Shown: positions 1 through 13,000 of the stretch, piece after piece | Position numbering within the stretch: the stretch's first letter is position 1 | Layout: each line of letters begins with the position of its first letter | Source: Antedon mediterranea | Lineage: Eukaryota; Animalia; Echinodermata | DNA: 64,000 bases | NCBI RefSeq assembly: GCF_964355755.1 | Contig: NC_092673.1 | Location: 2,852,001 to 2,916,000 of the forward strand | Reading direction: 5' to 3' | The notes under the pieces: model-generated | What the model was told of the DNA's origin: nothing | Database searches by the model: none | Seen by the model: only the letters and a program-made list of their open reading frames with translations | Made by a program: the position numbers and the translations under genes

Positions 1-57
1 AACAATTAACCATAAGTTATTCAATTATATTATCAAAGTTCGTATACTTTTGGAACC

Positions 58-3000
58 ATGCGATGTACGACAACTTCATCTACAAGAGGGCTCTTTAAAA
101 TGATGGTGATTTCTGTAGCATTGCTGTATGCTAATTCAGGTAAATAATTGTCTTCAACTAACATGAGTTATTACGTTAAATCAGGGACGAGTTAAACTCC
201 TCTCCTCCCTGGTTACATCGTTCTTTATTAGGTTATATGCATGATATGCATATAACCTCTTGATTCTGTCAAAATCTTTATTTATTTATTTATTTATTTA
301 TTTATTCTTTCCTTAGCACTATTTTGTCCGTGCATTATCTTGGCATCAGTTTAATCTAGCTAAGTCAAGTTTTCAGAGTATATTCCTTATGGCCAGGAAT
401 CGATGTGGTTATATTTTCACGATGCGTAATCAAAAATTACGCGGTCTACGCGCGATTTTACGAAATCACGTTTGTAATCATATCTTCACAAGCATGAATC
501 ACAATTAAACAAAATTTGGTACTCATAAATTTCAGGTCATATTTCATCATATGGCAATACAATTACGTGCGTAGCGCATATAACGCTTGCGTACGCGCGC
601 TTAAAATGTTCAAAATTGTCAAAATTTATTTTCGATGAAATTAGAGTACGTTTCAGGCAATTTTAAGCGTTTAAAAAATTGCCATGAGTGCGCAAATTTT
701 TGCACGCGCACTGCGCGTTAAACGTTAATGCGCACTCTTTTTGCCCGATTTCTGTTTTACAATCTTTCTTTAATAATATCATCATATTTGATTCAGGTTT
801 CAACTCGGAATTGCGTTATACGAGCACGTCAAAAGTGATTGGCTACGCACGTATAAGTTAACAAAATGGTGAAAATATGCTAAATTTTTAAATTAATATA
901 TATTGTCAGAATGCAGGGGAACACCTATTTTTTATTTCATTTTCTTGAAGTGTATGTATCATATGTATGATTTATTATCAAATTAAGAGAACCAAAGTTG
1001 ATTAAGTCATCATTAATTGCATATTAAATTTAAAAAAAATAATTTCGACAATCAAACAAATTATGACATTTTCTTAGGCCAAAATAACAAACTTAACATT
1101 AACTTTCTTCCTTCAAAAGTTCATATATTAAAGTTAAAAGTATGTAGTTTGACAGTGCATCATTTGTTTACATTTTAAAGATGTCATCATAGTAAAAAAT
1201 TATAATTCATTTCGGTATGTAATAATCTATTTGCATCAAAGTGGTTACTGCATAGTAAATACACGGAGGAATCTTTCTACAAATTTTAGTCAGTTGTGTA
1301 TGGCTCGGTGGTCTGTGCTCGTGTCTATGGCATTCAAGGTACCGAGATCGAGTCTCACCTTGGGAAACGAAATAAGATTTTTTTTTTATTATCCGTATTG
1401 TTTGTTCAAATTTATTTCTTAGTGTATAGATTATACACATGATTTATAATGAAATCTAGATAAAAATTAACTTATGTCTTTATTATTATGTAACAACAAA
1501 TGTGGTTTATGACATTATACGCATATGGATCTTTGATCGGATTGTGATACCGGCTATGGTGTTCGCGTTAGCAAGGTACTAGGTCCTATCATATATTATA
1601 AATAATTAAAGATTCTGAGAAAATCAATCAATCAATATATCTTTTAAAAATCAATTATCTTTATTTAAATCAATGCATATAACCTATAATTCGTCATAGT
1701 GACGAATTAAATCTAGTTCATATTCTTGTCATATTACATTCATATATTATTTTGTTTATTTCTTATTTACTATAATCATTACCAATGTAAACAGTTGCAG
1801 CAATCAAATTTGGAGACTTTACTAAAATGTGTTTCTGAGTTAACTGTTCATAACAGATTGATAATAAATGATTATCTCTCTCACAAGCCTATAAGACCTA
1901 TAAAGTCTATTTGAACGTTTACAAGTGAGTTTTAAGAAGACTTAAGCTCTGTGTACACTATCAAACTAGTTTGACAAAAAAAGTGTGATGTGCCCAAATA
2001 TGGTAGTGATATCATCATTTCCATATATGGGCACATCACATTTTTCTTTGTCAAATAAAGTTTGATAGTGTACACAGAGCTTTAGATTGCCTTGGCAGAT
2101 GTACGGGCGCTTGAGAGGAAACAAAGGTTTCTTTCAAAAGTTTTTGAAGTGGATAACATAAATAAGTCCATCTCGGAACTAAGCTTCAGACGTGAACACG
2201 AGGCGAACTATAATGATACTGACAAGTAGGAGCAGGGCCATAAAAACATTTATAAATCAGGGTTGATGATTGTATCTCATCGAAACAAGAATGATTTAAA
2301 TAATGTATTTTGTTTTGTTAATTTAGCTCCACTGGTACAAGAAGGTGATAATTGTCCATATCGATCTAAAGAATACCGTGTTTTCGGAATGGAGGGGAAT
2401 TACTGTACTGACAAGCCTGCGTGTGTAGATGATCTGGATTGCGAACATCTCAACCAAACATGCCAATGCTCTAACATATGTGGACGTTCTTGTCAAAAAC
2501 CAAAAGTTGTACCTGGTAACTATCAATTCCTTTATTTATTCTTGTTATAATAGTGTAATGTTTTTAAAATAATTTAACAGAAAAGATTAATCAAACGAAA
2601 CCGCAAAGTACTCATTGGTGCTATCTCTCTCTACCGAAGCGAACAGTGTTTCCTATTATTGCATTATTATTAATATTATTATATACTTTATTCAGAAAAC
2701 AATAAATAAATGTCACAACTTATGGACAATGCTTAATACAGACTGTTAACAACTTAAAATACATAAAAAGATGAAAAAAAAAGAAATACAATGAGATCAG
2801 GCATCAAGCAGGCGGATTAAATAGTTAATAATAATTTGATTAAATAGGGGATTGTGGTGTTGCTAAAGATGTAATCTAGATGGTAATTGTGATATTTGCT
2901 TCCTATTACTACGGTTAATAACATCAAAATGTTTTATCATCGAACATTAGGTTGAATGTTCGTTTTGAAATTTATATTCACTGGGGATATACTTATTTAA

Positions 3001-5036
3001 TTTTTAGATATGCTGTTAAATAACAGATTCATTATCTGCTTTCTTTCAGAGTTTAGACCAGGAATATGTCCGTATGTACTTGAAATACAGACATCGTGTG
3101 AAAATGAATGCGAGGAAGACAAACATTGTCTAGATAAATCCAGTAGGTGCTGCCAAACAACGTGTGGAAAAAAGTGCACGGCCATCAACGCATCTGCTGC
3201 AGCACCAACTACCAATTATGTCACTAATGTAACGTCATTAACGAACACGTCATTACCCTCCTCGGAGGAATTGACGTCACCCAGAGTAGCAATATCGGCC
3301 AAAATGATGTCACCATCTGTTACACATGACGATTGTTATGTTCGTGAAGAAGATAAATACAAGAAGTTTTTTGGAGTATGGACGTACTTATGCAATAATA
3401 GAAGATATTGTAGAACTAACCAGGACTGTACTGAAAGTGAGGAATGCACGTGTCACTCAAATTGTGGCAAAGTATGCAAAATCAAACCTACGCCCACAGG
3501 TAAACATCATGTGACAAGTCTCGCAAAGCGCGAACATTTCTAGTAAACACACTTTCTAAAGATGTATTGTCCCCCTGAAAAACAATTTGTTGTTGGTATG
3601 CCATTTTAATGTCACATAATAGTTATCCACTTTGACCAAAAATTGGAAAGAAACAAATGTATTTACCTAAAAAAATTTTAAGCAAAAAATAGGAAACCGG
3701 ACCAGCCAATGAGTTTTTGATTGAATTTAACCATTTATTTTGTCATTTTATAAGTGAAAACATTTATTTTTTCCATTTTTTTCTACAAAAGTGATTAACT
3801 TTATTAAACTACAAAATAATGTCTGATTTTATCTGGATATTGAAGTGTTTCTTCGAAATACCAGACTAAACATTTTGGCAAATTTAGGCCTAGGCCCAAT
3901 ACAGGTCAATTTAGCAATTGAAGTGACGGTACCTATCTTTTGTATGTTAACAGTGAAAATCATTAGGTAGATTTTGCCATGCACTCACAGAAATTTACGG
4001 CGACGGCTGTACGGCGAGCGCGCGCGCGGTGATATCGTGAATCTCGCGATTGTTCTGAAATCATATGTACATCCCTAATACGTTGTTAAAATATGGTTCT
4101 ATGAAATAGTTCTCCTTTAGAAGCAGTATTATTTACACAAACATGCTATATTAAAATTCTAAATATAATGTACATAATTTGCTTTTTAGCGTTCGTACCG
4201 ATGTGTGTTGTTGATGCTATTCCAAAACAAAGTCAATCGACAAACCAGCAACATGCAGCCAACAATTCAAATTTAAAACCAGTCTTGATTCAAAATATGG
4301 CCAACCATATTGCGCATATAGCAGCCATAGAAAGAGGTAGGTCTAATAAAGGTAATATATTGTAAACATGGATTTGCGGCACGAGTAAAACCAACATTTT
4401 AAAAAATGGACTTAATTTTATGAAAAATAAATTGCAAGCTAAACGCAAACTGTACTAGATATGATCTTTAATAATTTAAGTAGGTACTAACTTTTCTATT
4501 GTAGGCCTAATGGTTTTTCTAATAAATATATGAATAAACTATAAGTCTGCAACATTTGCAAAAAATGTACTTCTCGCCCCTTCCTTCTCTTCTGTATTTT
4601 ATAGCACGTACATACTTTTTCCTTTATAATTACATATCTACCTATTCTTTTTTTTAAATTTCATTTCCAAAAAGACAATCAATAGGCCACCAGCTGTGGA
4701 AACAATACAACAAGAAAGGGTTATCTTATCATCTTTTTGTATTTATTTATTTTCTCATTGATTATAGATCCATGTTTAGCAGTGACCTGCCCTGGGGGTT
4801 ATAGCTGTATGGAAAAAAGACATGGTGGTATCGAATGCGTTTACAACGAAATCGATACGAACTGTCAAAAGAAACGTAAACCAATTTGTGCAAGTGATGG
4901 TAATATATACAAATCAAAAGAGGCTTTTCGAGAAGAACAGAGGCGCTTAAATAAATTGGGTATTAGACTTTACCAAGTAAGGAAAGGCTGTCGTAACAAG
5001 AACAGCACTAGTCAAAATAACAGCCGAAAACTCTAA
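58..5036 (+). CDS. Secreted cysteine-rich protein with WAP (four-disulfide core)-type domains and a C-terminal follistatin/Kazal-like domain; exons 58-139, 2327-2515, 3050-3499, 4190-4336, 4768-5036
   Basis: Signal-peptide-like exon 1 (MMVISVALLYANS). Canonical WAP pattern RPGICP..C..EC..D..C....CC...CG..C in exon 3, plus two WAP-like 8-Cys variants. Last exon has DPCLAVTCPGGYSC...PICASDGNIY. All introns are GT-AG, phase 1 and in frame. Confidence 0.75.
225..1718 (+). mobile_element. Helentron-associated/DINE-1-like non-autonomous element
   Basis: Subterminal repeat AGGTTATATGCAT (230-242) with a nearby inverted copy (246-258), then a (TTTA)n microsatellite. Distal inverted copy at 1673-1685, stem-loop TAATTCGTCA-TAG-TGACGAATTA (1687-1709) and CTAG-TT end. 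Confidence 0.6.
1945..2081. mobile_element. MITE family A (PIF/Harbinger, Tourist-like)
   Basis: TIR AGCTCTGT(C/G)TACACTATCAAAC, TTA duplication on both sides, internal CCCAAATATGGTAGTGATAT unit. Confidence 0.85.
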
Positions 5037-7000
5037 TCCAATACGCCGTCATATCGTGAACAAAAAATAATTAAATAAAAATAATGTATATATCAGATAA
5101 ATCGTCGATTCTTCGAGGCTGTAGAGATTGTCACCAACAGAAAATGGCGGGAAACAAAGAGAATGTCGGTTGATATGAACTATACAGTATTTCCCGCAGT
5201 TTCTGGTGTTAGAAATTTTACACCATACGAGAATGTAATGTAAATTTGGACTACTGTACTATAATGATGAAATAATGATGAACTACTATGTAAATATTCG
5301 ACATTGTAAATATAATCAATATGATGAATAAAGGATTTTAAAACTGGACAATCTTTCCTTCAAACTGATTTGTTCGTTAGGTTATTTTATTACAATTTAA
5401 AGATTGGGTACACGTGTAGACGGGTCGAAGAGATGCCTTACTGAACCCGTTGACCTTGCTATCGGAGTCCATGTAATATAGTCATACTCAAGTACGAACT
5501 GTCTTCTCTTAATGAGGCATTAGCAAGTAATGTACAAATACTGGGTAGATAAAAAGATGATATTATAAAGTGAGCATAGCGATATTATAGTGTAATATCT
5601 CTATGATATGAGGTATTAAGCTTGATAAATAAATAAAGTTGTTTTGGCAAAATGCCATGTATCCTGTTTCGGATATCTGGGTGATCGGTTTTATAACCGT
5701 ACAAACTCAGTTATACCATAGAGACTGCAAGAAGTGCTATTCATACTATATCACCACATGCAATATACGATAACGTATTAAAAACTATTGTACAGTTTAA
5801 AGAGCATACACACTGCGGTTAGTTAGTGCTATCACATCTTTGATCCAGCAAAAGAAATCGCACAATGGTACGCAATCTTGCAGTTTGAGAAAGATTTTTT
5901 AGTTATGAAAAGTGCGTGACGCGATTTAAAGTTGGGTCTCAATCTTGTCTTTCACAACAGACTTGGATCGATAGATTTTCTTTCATCTATTCATTTTCTG
6001 GCAATTCTGTGTGAGATAAATGTTGGAGTTTTGAAAAGTGCGCGACGGAAGCCTAAAATCAAGTTTAATCTTGTCTAAAGACGCAAATAACTATTAGAAT
6101 ACTGGAGGTAGCGTCTCTTAGGCCTAATGTCTCACTCATTTTTGGGAAACGATTGTTGAGGAACCCATATTTACAGCTCCAAAAACATAGATTCTGTTTG
6201 TAATTTAAATGCGATATACTGTAAATTCTTGGTTAACTGTAGTTTTATTTTGACCTCGGAATTACCCGATGATAAGTGTTTGTGGAAAAGATACTCTTGA
6301 TTCTACAATCTGAAACAAATACAAATACGTTTTGTTCCAAACAATTGAAGTGTGACAATTCCACCAGCAACAATCAATAAGTAATCATTTATGATAAAAA
6401 CCCATTTGTGAAGATTAAATTATCTAGTCCAATCAAAATCATGCCATTTCAGCGTGCAAATACATCAGAATGACTGACCATTCAATTTCGGACACTGACC
6501 AATTGCTCATAGTTCATGATTAATATCTATTAATAAAAGAAATAGAGGTTTTTGCTATTATTATAGCAAAGCACTAAGAAGCCTTTTTAATACAAAACCG
6601 CATAAGGTATGAATAACAGGTATAGAATGGAAAAAAAAACCAAAACATGATTTTTGGTTAGTAAAAAATGGATGGAAAAAGTTCACATAAGGGTCACATA
6701 AGGGTCACATAAACTAAAAAACTGAATATGTTGTATTTCACATTCTGTTTGAAAGTCTTTTGGGCACAAACTAAGCCTGGAACATACATTAAAGTATAAT
6801 AAGTATTTTATTGACTGTGACATCACTATCTTCTAAAGCTCACGGTATGATGTAGTGATGATGATCTTATATTTCATAATTGGCCAGACAGTTTGGAAAT
6901 AATTTTTTGTGAGTTGGATAAACAGTGTAATATTGCATATTACAATATAAAATAAACTTTTCACGTTAAAATAGTTCTGTTATCAGAATTTCAAATGCGA

Positions 7001-10000
7001 CTAAATAGCAATATCAGCTTCCATCAGAATTTCGTCAATCTGTTTTCTGAAATAAAAAGATATATTAAAAAACCAAAGTTAAAACACGACAAATATTTTA
7101 AAATATTTCAACATACATATATAAACATTAAATACTACAAAGTTTAAACACGTTTTTTAGTTATAGACATTATGATTGTAATTGCAAATAGCTAACAAGT
7201 TTATATTTTTGAAAGACTAATTAAAGATATTGTCTCCCAAAAACATGAAAAATAAAGATTAATAACATCAGATTTTGAATAGGCCATTTTGCAGTTTTAA
7301 TAAATGTATTCACTTCTGTAGAAAAAAAAATCAAATCAAAACAAAAATAATTACTTCACTTATAAAAAGACAAAAATAACAGTTACATTTTTACCCAATT
7401 GTCTGACAGACAATTTAAGTATTTTTTGCTTTAAATTACATTTTTTTTCCAGGAAAATAATTGTTTTTTTCAATTTAATTTTTGTTCAAAGTGAACTACT
7501 ATGTAACATTAAAATTGCATATTTAAACAAAATTTAAAAAGTATTTTTTCAAGGGGACAATATATCTTTAAAGAATTGAATAAAACAGAAAAATTTACTT
7601 TTCATTGTCATCTAAGGTAAAGTCTGATTTGATACGCTGAGCCATGCTTGAAGCCAGTGTCAACCCGTTGGAAACTGCTAATTTTAAAATATCCTGTAAA
7701 TACAATATCAGTTATTATAATCATCATAATCATGTTATCTGGTCAATGGACTTTTAGAGTTTTATTGCATGCAATTGACAGGTGTAAAGTCTTACTGCAT
7801 TTGTTTGCAGAAAGGTACACTATAAACCATAAATGACAGATTGTTTAAAATTAATGCCTATGAAGAAAAACCACAAAAAGACATTTTTGAAAATTAAATA
7901 TAAATTGTGGTCTATAACAACTTGAGATTAATAAACAAAATAAACATTTAATCAGTATGATCATGAAATCATTTTATTATTATTACCTGTATATACATGT
8001 TATGTTTATGCCACAAATAACCATGGCAATTATTTGTTTATATGTACTTACATATGAAATTTCTTTATAGTCTGTCTTTACACAGGCATCTAGAAAACTT
8101 TCCATTACACCAGGGCTAAAGGGGTGCAAGTGATATTGTTTACTTTAAGTTATTTATTCAACAGTTTGATATTTATATGGGGTCAACGCACTCACAGTAA
8201 ATGCCCAATTTAGGAACATTTGCTTTTATAGTTATACAATTAAAATTACTATTTTCGACATCGTCAAGTATGCTATGGGCACTGCCAACTGCACATTTAA
8301 ATTCGTTCCATTGGATAGCCGTTTCAGTTTTCTACAGGGGACCCCAGACCATAAGCTCACAACAGACAATTATGTAAATGCACTAACCCTAAGTGTATAT
8401 TGTAGTCAATACAGTAATAAAAACATAAATTGTCTGCCACAAACTCTTAGTGGCCCCACTTTTGCTGTTTTGTAGTAATTACCCCCTTTAGATTGTCTTG
8501 TTTAAATAAGATGGCCAAAGATCAAACTTGCATAAGGTAAGACTTTAACACTTACTATGACAATAATATCTATAATGTTGATAATCTGATATTAGAGCTG
8601 TCATATTTATATTGAATTTAAAAGTTAAACATTGCTAAAAACCATGTAAACAAATATTATGTAATGTGTTGAAACAATATCCTAAAGTTGTAGGATATAG
8701 TTTGTGTAGGCCACGGCAAATTGATCACATGCCTCTACTTCGTCAGCTGATCGTGTGTGAATTTCGGCCCTGTTTAAACAAAGCTAATCTTTTCACCATT
8801 GTTTTTTAAAAGTTGACAGTGAAACATTTAATGTTACAAAACATTATGTGTCAAGGTTTATCTAGGTAAACATACCTTGGTTTAATTTGGTTGGAATGAA
8901 AAATCTGCAACACTTTTCTGCAACGAACAAACAGAACGGAAATATTCAGTAAATAAATTAATTATTGGTTATAACAATGAATGAATGAATGTTTTTAATC
9001 TATTGCTAAAAAAACAGGACCATATGTAAAACAGGTGCAATATCTATACCTGATATGTTTTTATTCTGTCTAAATATGTTTTAAATAAAATAAAAAATAA
9101 ATTAAATTATAGAAACTGATAATTGAATACCATATTGAATCAAATTGAAAAAATTCATCTCCTTCCCAAAATATTTTTAAAATCAGATTTTCGTTTTTCA
9201 TGAAGGTGGAAATAAACGTTGAAACTTACCAACGTTTCGTGCATTAGCATCGCACTTTTTCAAGGTAGTGGTATCAGCTTGGTTTGCCGACACTGATCAT
9301 GGCATAGTCACGTGATGTTGTTGTGACATGCGCCCTCTCCGAGTTATTTCTTGAATACCTCTGGGTGAATCCCAGAGGGGTCCGCCCCGGCCGGCCGTCT
9401 CACTTCTAACAGGTCATCATATATGTGTCACAACAACATCACGTGACTATGCCATGATCAGTGTCGGCAAACCAAGCTGATACCACTACCTTGAAAAAGT
9501 GCGATGCTAACGCACGAAACGTTGGTAAGTTTCAACGTTTATTTCCACCTTCATGAAAAACGAAAATCTGATTTCAAAAATATTGAATCAAATTTAACAA
9601 TTAATAACTATAAATCATTAAAGTATCATATCAATTGAATGCTGTTGTGATGATACTGATAGTAAGAGGTATTAAGTTAGTAAGTTATTATTATAATAGG
9701 AAATGTATTGGATATCGTAATAAAGAAACAATTAAATAAATCTCTACAATTAGGCTTACCTGGCTAATGCTACATCTCTGCCTTGTATTAATATAATGAG
9801 TACATGACTTAAATTGGTGGCTGTCCACCTGAAATTGAACAAGTCACATAATGAAAGAACAATAGATTGTGTGCAATTGGTTTTAAATCAAAGTGGTCTA
9901 AACCTCTGTCTACACTATCAAACAAGTTGTCCGCAACTTATTTTGACCTCCATCCGCACATTTTTGATGTTTTTCTTGTTTATTGTAATTTTCTTTTTGC

Positions 10001-13000
10001 AATTTGTAATTTTTATCTTTTATTTTAAAATGTGTGGAGAAACTAATAAAACAAACAAACAAAGAAGATGTGATGTGCCCAAATATGGTAGTGATATGCC
10101 CAAATAGGGTAGTGATATGACATCATCATGTCCATATATGAGCACATCATATATTTTGTCATATAGTTAGATAGTGTAGACAGAGCTTAATGGTTAGGAC
10201 ATTTGCATATAAGCAGAAGGTTCGGAGTACGCATTAATACAATATTACAATAAAAAAAATGATATAATATTACAATAATACATTAAAATTAATAATTATA
10301 AATATTATAAATTAATTTTTTTAAATGTTATATGAAATACCTGAGAGGATTGTCTCTCCTTGAAAGAGATTCTTCAAATGCATTCATCACATCTTTTGTA
10401 ACTCCTACAAATTCTCTGTGCGTCTATAAGAAAAATATAAATTAATAATATAAGTAAATTAATTCAAAACAATAGATAAAAAAATAACAAACTAATGGAA
10501 ATTAGTTTAGAATTTGCCTCTTTTTAAAATATGAAGTATATTAATATTTTATTATTATAGAGACAATAGCGCCCTCTATAGATTATAAACTTTTGTATAG
10601 AAAGATTAATAGCTACATAACCTCTGTTTCTAAGTCAAAAGAATTGGCCATCACTTCCAACACGGTGTTAATTATGTCTTGTCGATAGCGTTGCCCATAA
10701 TTGCTAATATCTAAATATGCACGTAGGAAGAGAAAATACATATTTTAACTTAAATTGGTAAATTCAACATATAAAGAAAGGTTGTTGTTTAAATGAAGAC
10801 AGACAAGGTCCATGAAAACTTTTCAACTTTAAAGGTGGAAAGGTTCATTCAAAGTTCTTTACTGCATTACTGTGTTAACAAAAGTTGTGAAAACAAATAT
10901 ATGCGCGGTGGTAATAAATTTTTTTTTTATTAAACTTTGTTCGTAAATAGGTAGATAATTTATTTTGTTGAACTCAATCTTGGCGAAGCACCTGAAGATT
11001 GAGTTCATACTTATGAAACAGCCTGTAGTGCAATAAAATTGTCAATTGGTAATTTACGAACGTCTTTATCATTTATTTCTATTTGGCTCTACATCTTGTA
11101 TTGAGCACTTTCGTTTACATGATCTGCTTTATATTCACCACGAGCTATATATATAATTATTTATATGTAAATATTTAGTATTATCTAATAAATAAAATAT
11201 AATCTAATAGGAACATTAAAGTGGGAACATTTCGAAACCCTCAGGGACAGTACCTAGCCACAGCAGTTTTGGGGGTGAGTTTCGGATTTTGATGGGTAGT
11301 GGGTAATGTATCTTACCTTTCCAGAGAGACGGTATTGTACTGAAGGCTAATGCTGTCTCTAATGAACGCAACATATCGATGTAAATGGATGAATTTGGAT
11401 AAAGTATAGAAGGTACAAGCTTGTGATAATATATCATCATGTTCTCTGATCCATCCATTGAACAAATTAGATGTAGAAATTTACTACTGCAATAGTAAGC
11501 AAATGTATATAGAAATATAAAACATAAAGGTAAAAGGTATTCATATTTGTCCCCAAGCTTAACTAGAAACTGAGGAAACTCGGATTAGGCCCTCCACGGA
11601 GTCAGCAGTGCAGCGCCTACTGATCAGCACACCGGGAGACAATCCACTGTTAAGTACACGGGACCAACGGCTTTACATCCCATCCGAAGGACGAGGCAAT
11701 GAGAGTAAAGCCTAAGGATACAGTAAGTATGGTACAGATAACATTGAAAACATTCCTATCACATACTAGTCCGATATTATCATTACACCATCACTCTCCG
11801 GTATATACATCACCCGCCGCGATTCCAGACGGTTTCCCATCCAGAATGCAACCGAGCCCAACATTTGTTAACTTTGCTGATCTCAAGAGAACTGGTGTAT
11901 GACCGTATATAACACTTTTAAATTATTATAATCAATCGTACAATTAAAGCAAATAGAAAGTGTATCTTTACAATTTCAAATCTTTTTATCTAGATAAAAC
12001 ATGATTATTATTCTTACTAATATATATTTTGTAGATAGTTGTCTCCTAATAGACGACTGTTTTCCCCTGTGTTTACAAGTTCGTCCACTCTATAAGCAAG
12101 TTCAACATCTTTAAGCCTGAAACACTGAGAATAACAAAAAAAATATATAAAATGTATTAAGTTCTGTCTACAAACTTTATGTGACAAAAAAATGTGATGT
12201 GCCCTTAAATGGACATGATAATGTCATATCACTACCATATTTTGGTATATCACTACCATATGTGGGCACATCACACTTGTCAACTAGTTTGATAGTGTAG
12301 GCAGAGCTTAAGGAAACACAAGGCCTACAACAAACTTGCTAATTTACTGATAACTACCCTTACATTCCACAAACTTTAAAAACGCTAATAAATATGCTAT
12401 ATACAGATACTGTACTTACGACATCCATAGCGTTTTTGAAAAAGTAAACTGGAAAAAAAAATGTTTAAATTTTAAATTTCTGAAAATGAGTAAATTTTAT
12501 TATGATTTAAAAAAGTTAAATTCATTAAAAAATATATAATGTAGCGAATTTAAATACATGTTACATTGCTTACCATCTGTTTTGTGTTTTATAGTAAAAT
12601 GTTGACCTTCAATTGTATCCATAATATCATAAAGCATGTCAGTCGGAGGAAGGTCTAAACAAAGAAAAATAATGTGAAAATATATCTTTAGTTCCCATTG
12701 CAAATTTACACAAACAAGCAGTAATGGTAAGTGAAAAACTGCGTAGCTTGTCCCACATAGAATCTATATCTATCCTGAGCTGAAACCACGCGTCCACTCT
12801 GTGTTGTGTGTAAATGGTCATAAGGAATAACATAGGGCGCGTTTATACAACACGCTATTACACGCATATTCTACACGCCTACGAGAAGTGTGTTGTATAA
12901 CAACAAAGAGATTCCGTGTAATGAGATTTTAATTGCAAAAAAGGCTACTTGGCTGAATCCTAAAATTTGGTGGATTCCCGGTCGCCGTTACCGTGTTGGA

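Larger units (their letters stand above)
9147..9579 (-). mobile_element. 5'-truncated Penelope-like retroelement with inverted pseudo-LTR
   Basis: About 159-bp inverted arms (9170-9328 / 9426-9584). The spacer reads HIYDDLL...stop on the minus strand. A 15-bp direct repeat ATATTGAATCAAATT flanks it (9132-9146, 9580-9594). Each arm has a hammerhead motif. Confidence 0.75.

Noticed and set aside
8690-8755. Minus-strand CTGACGA followed by a hairpin as a hammerhead
   Set aside because: The GAAA box is absent and there is no stem I closure.
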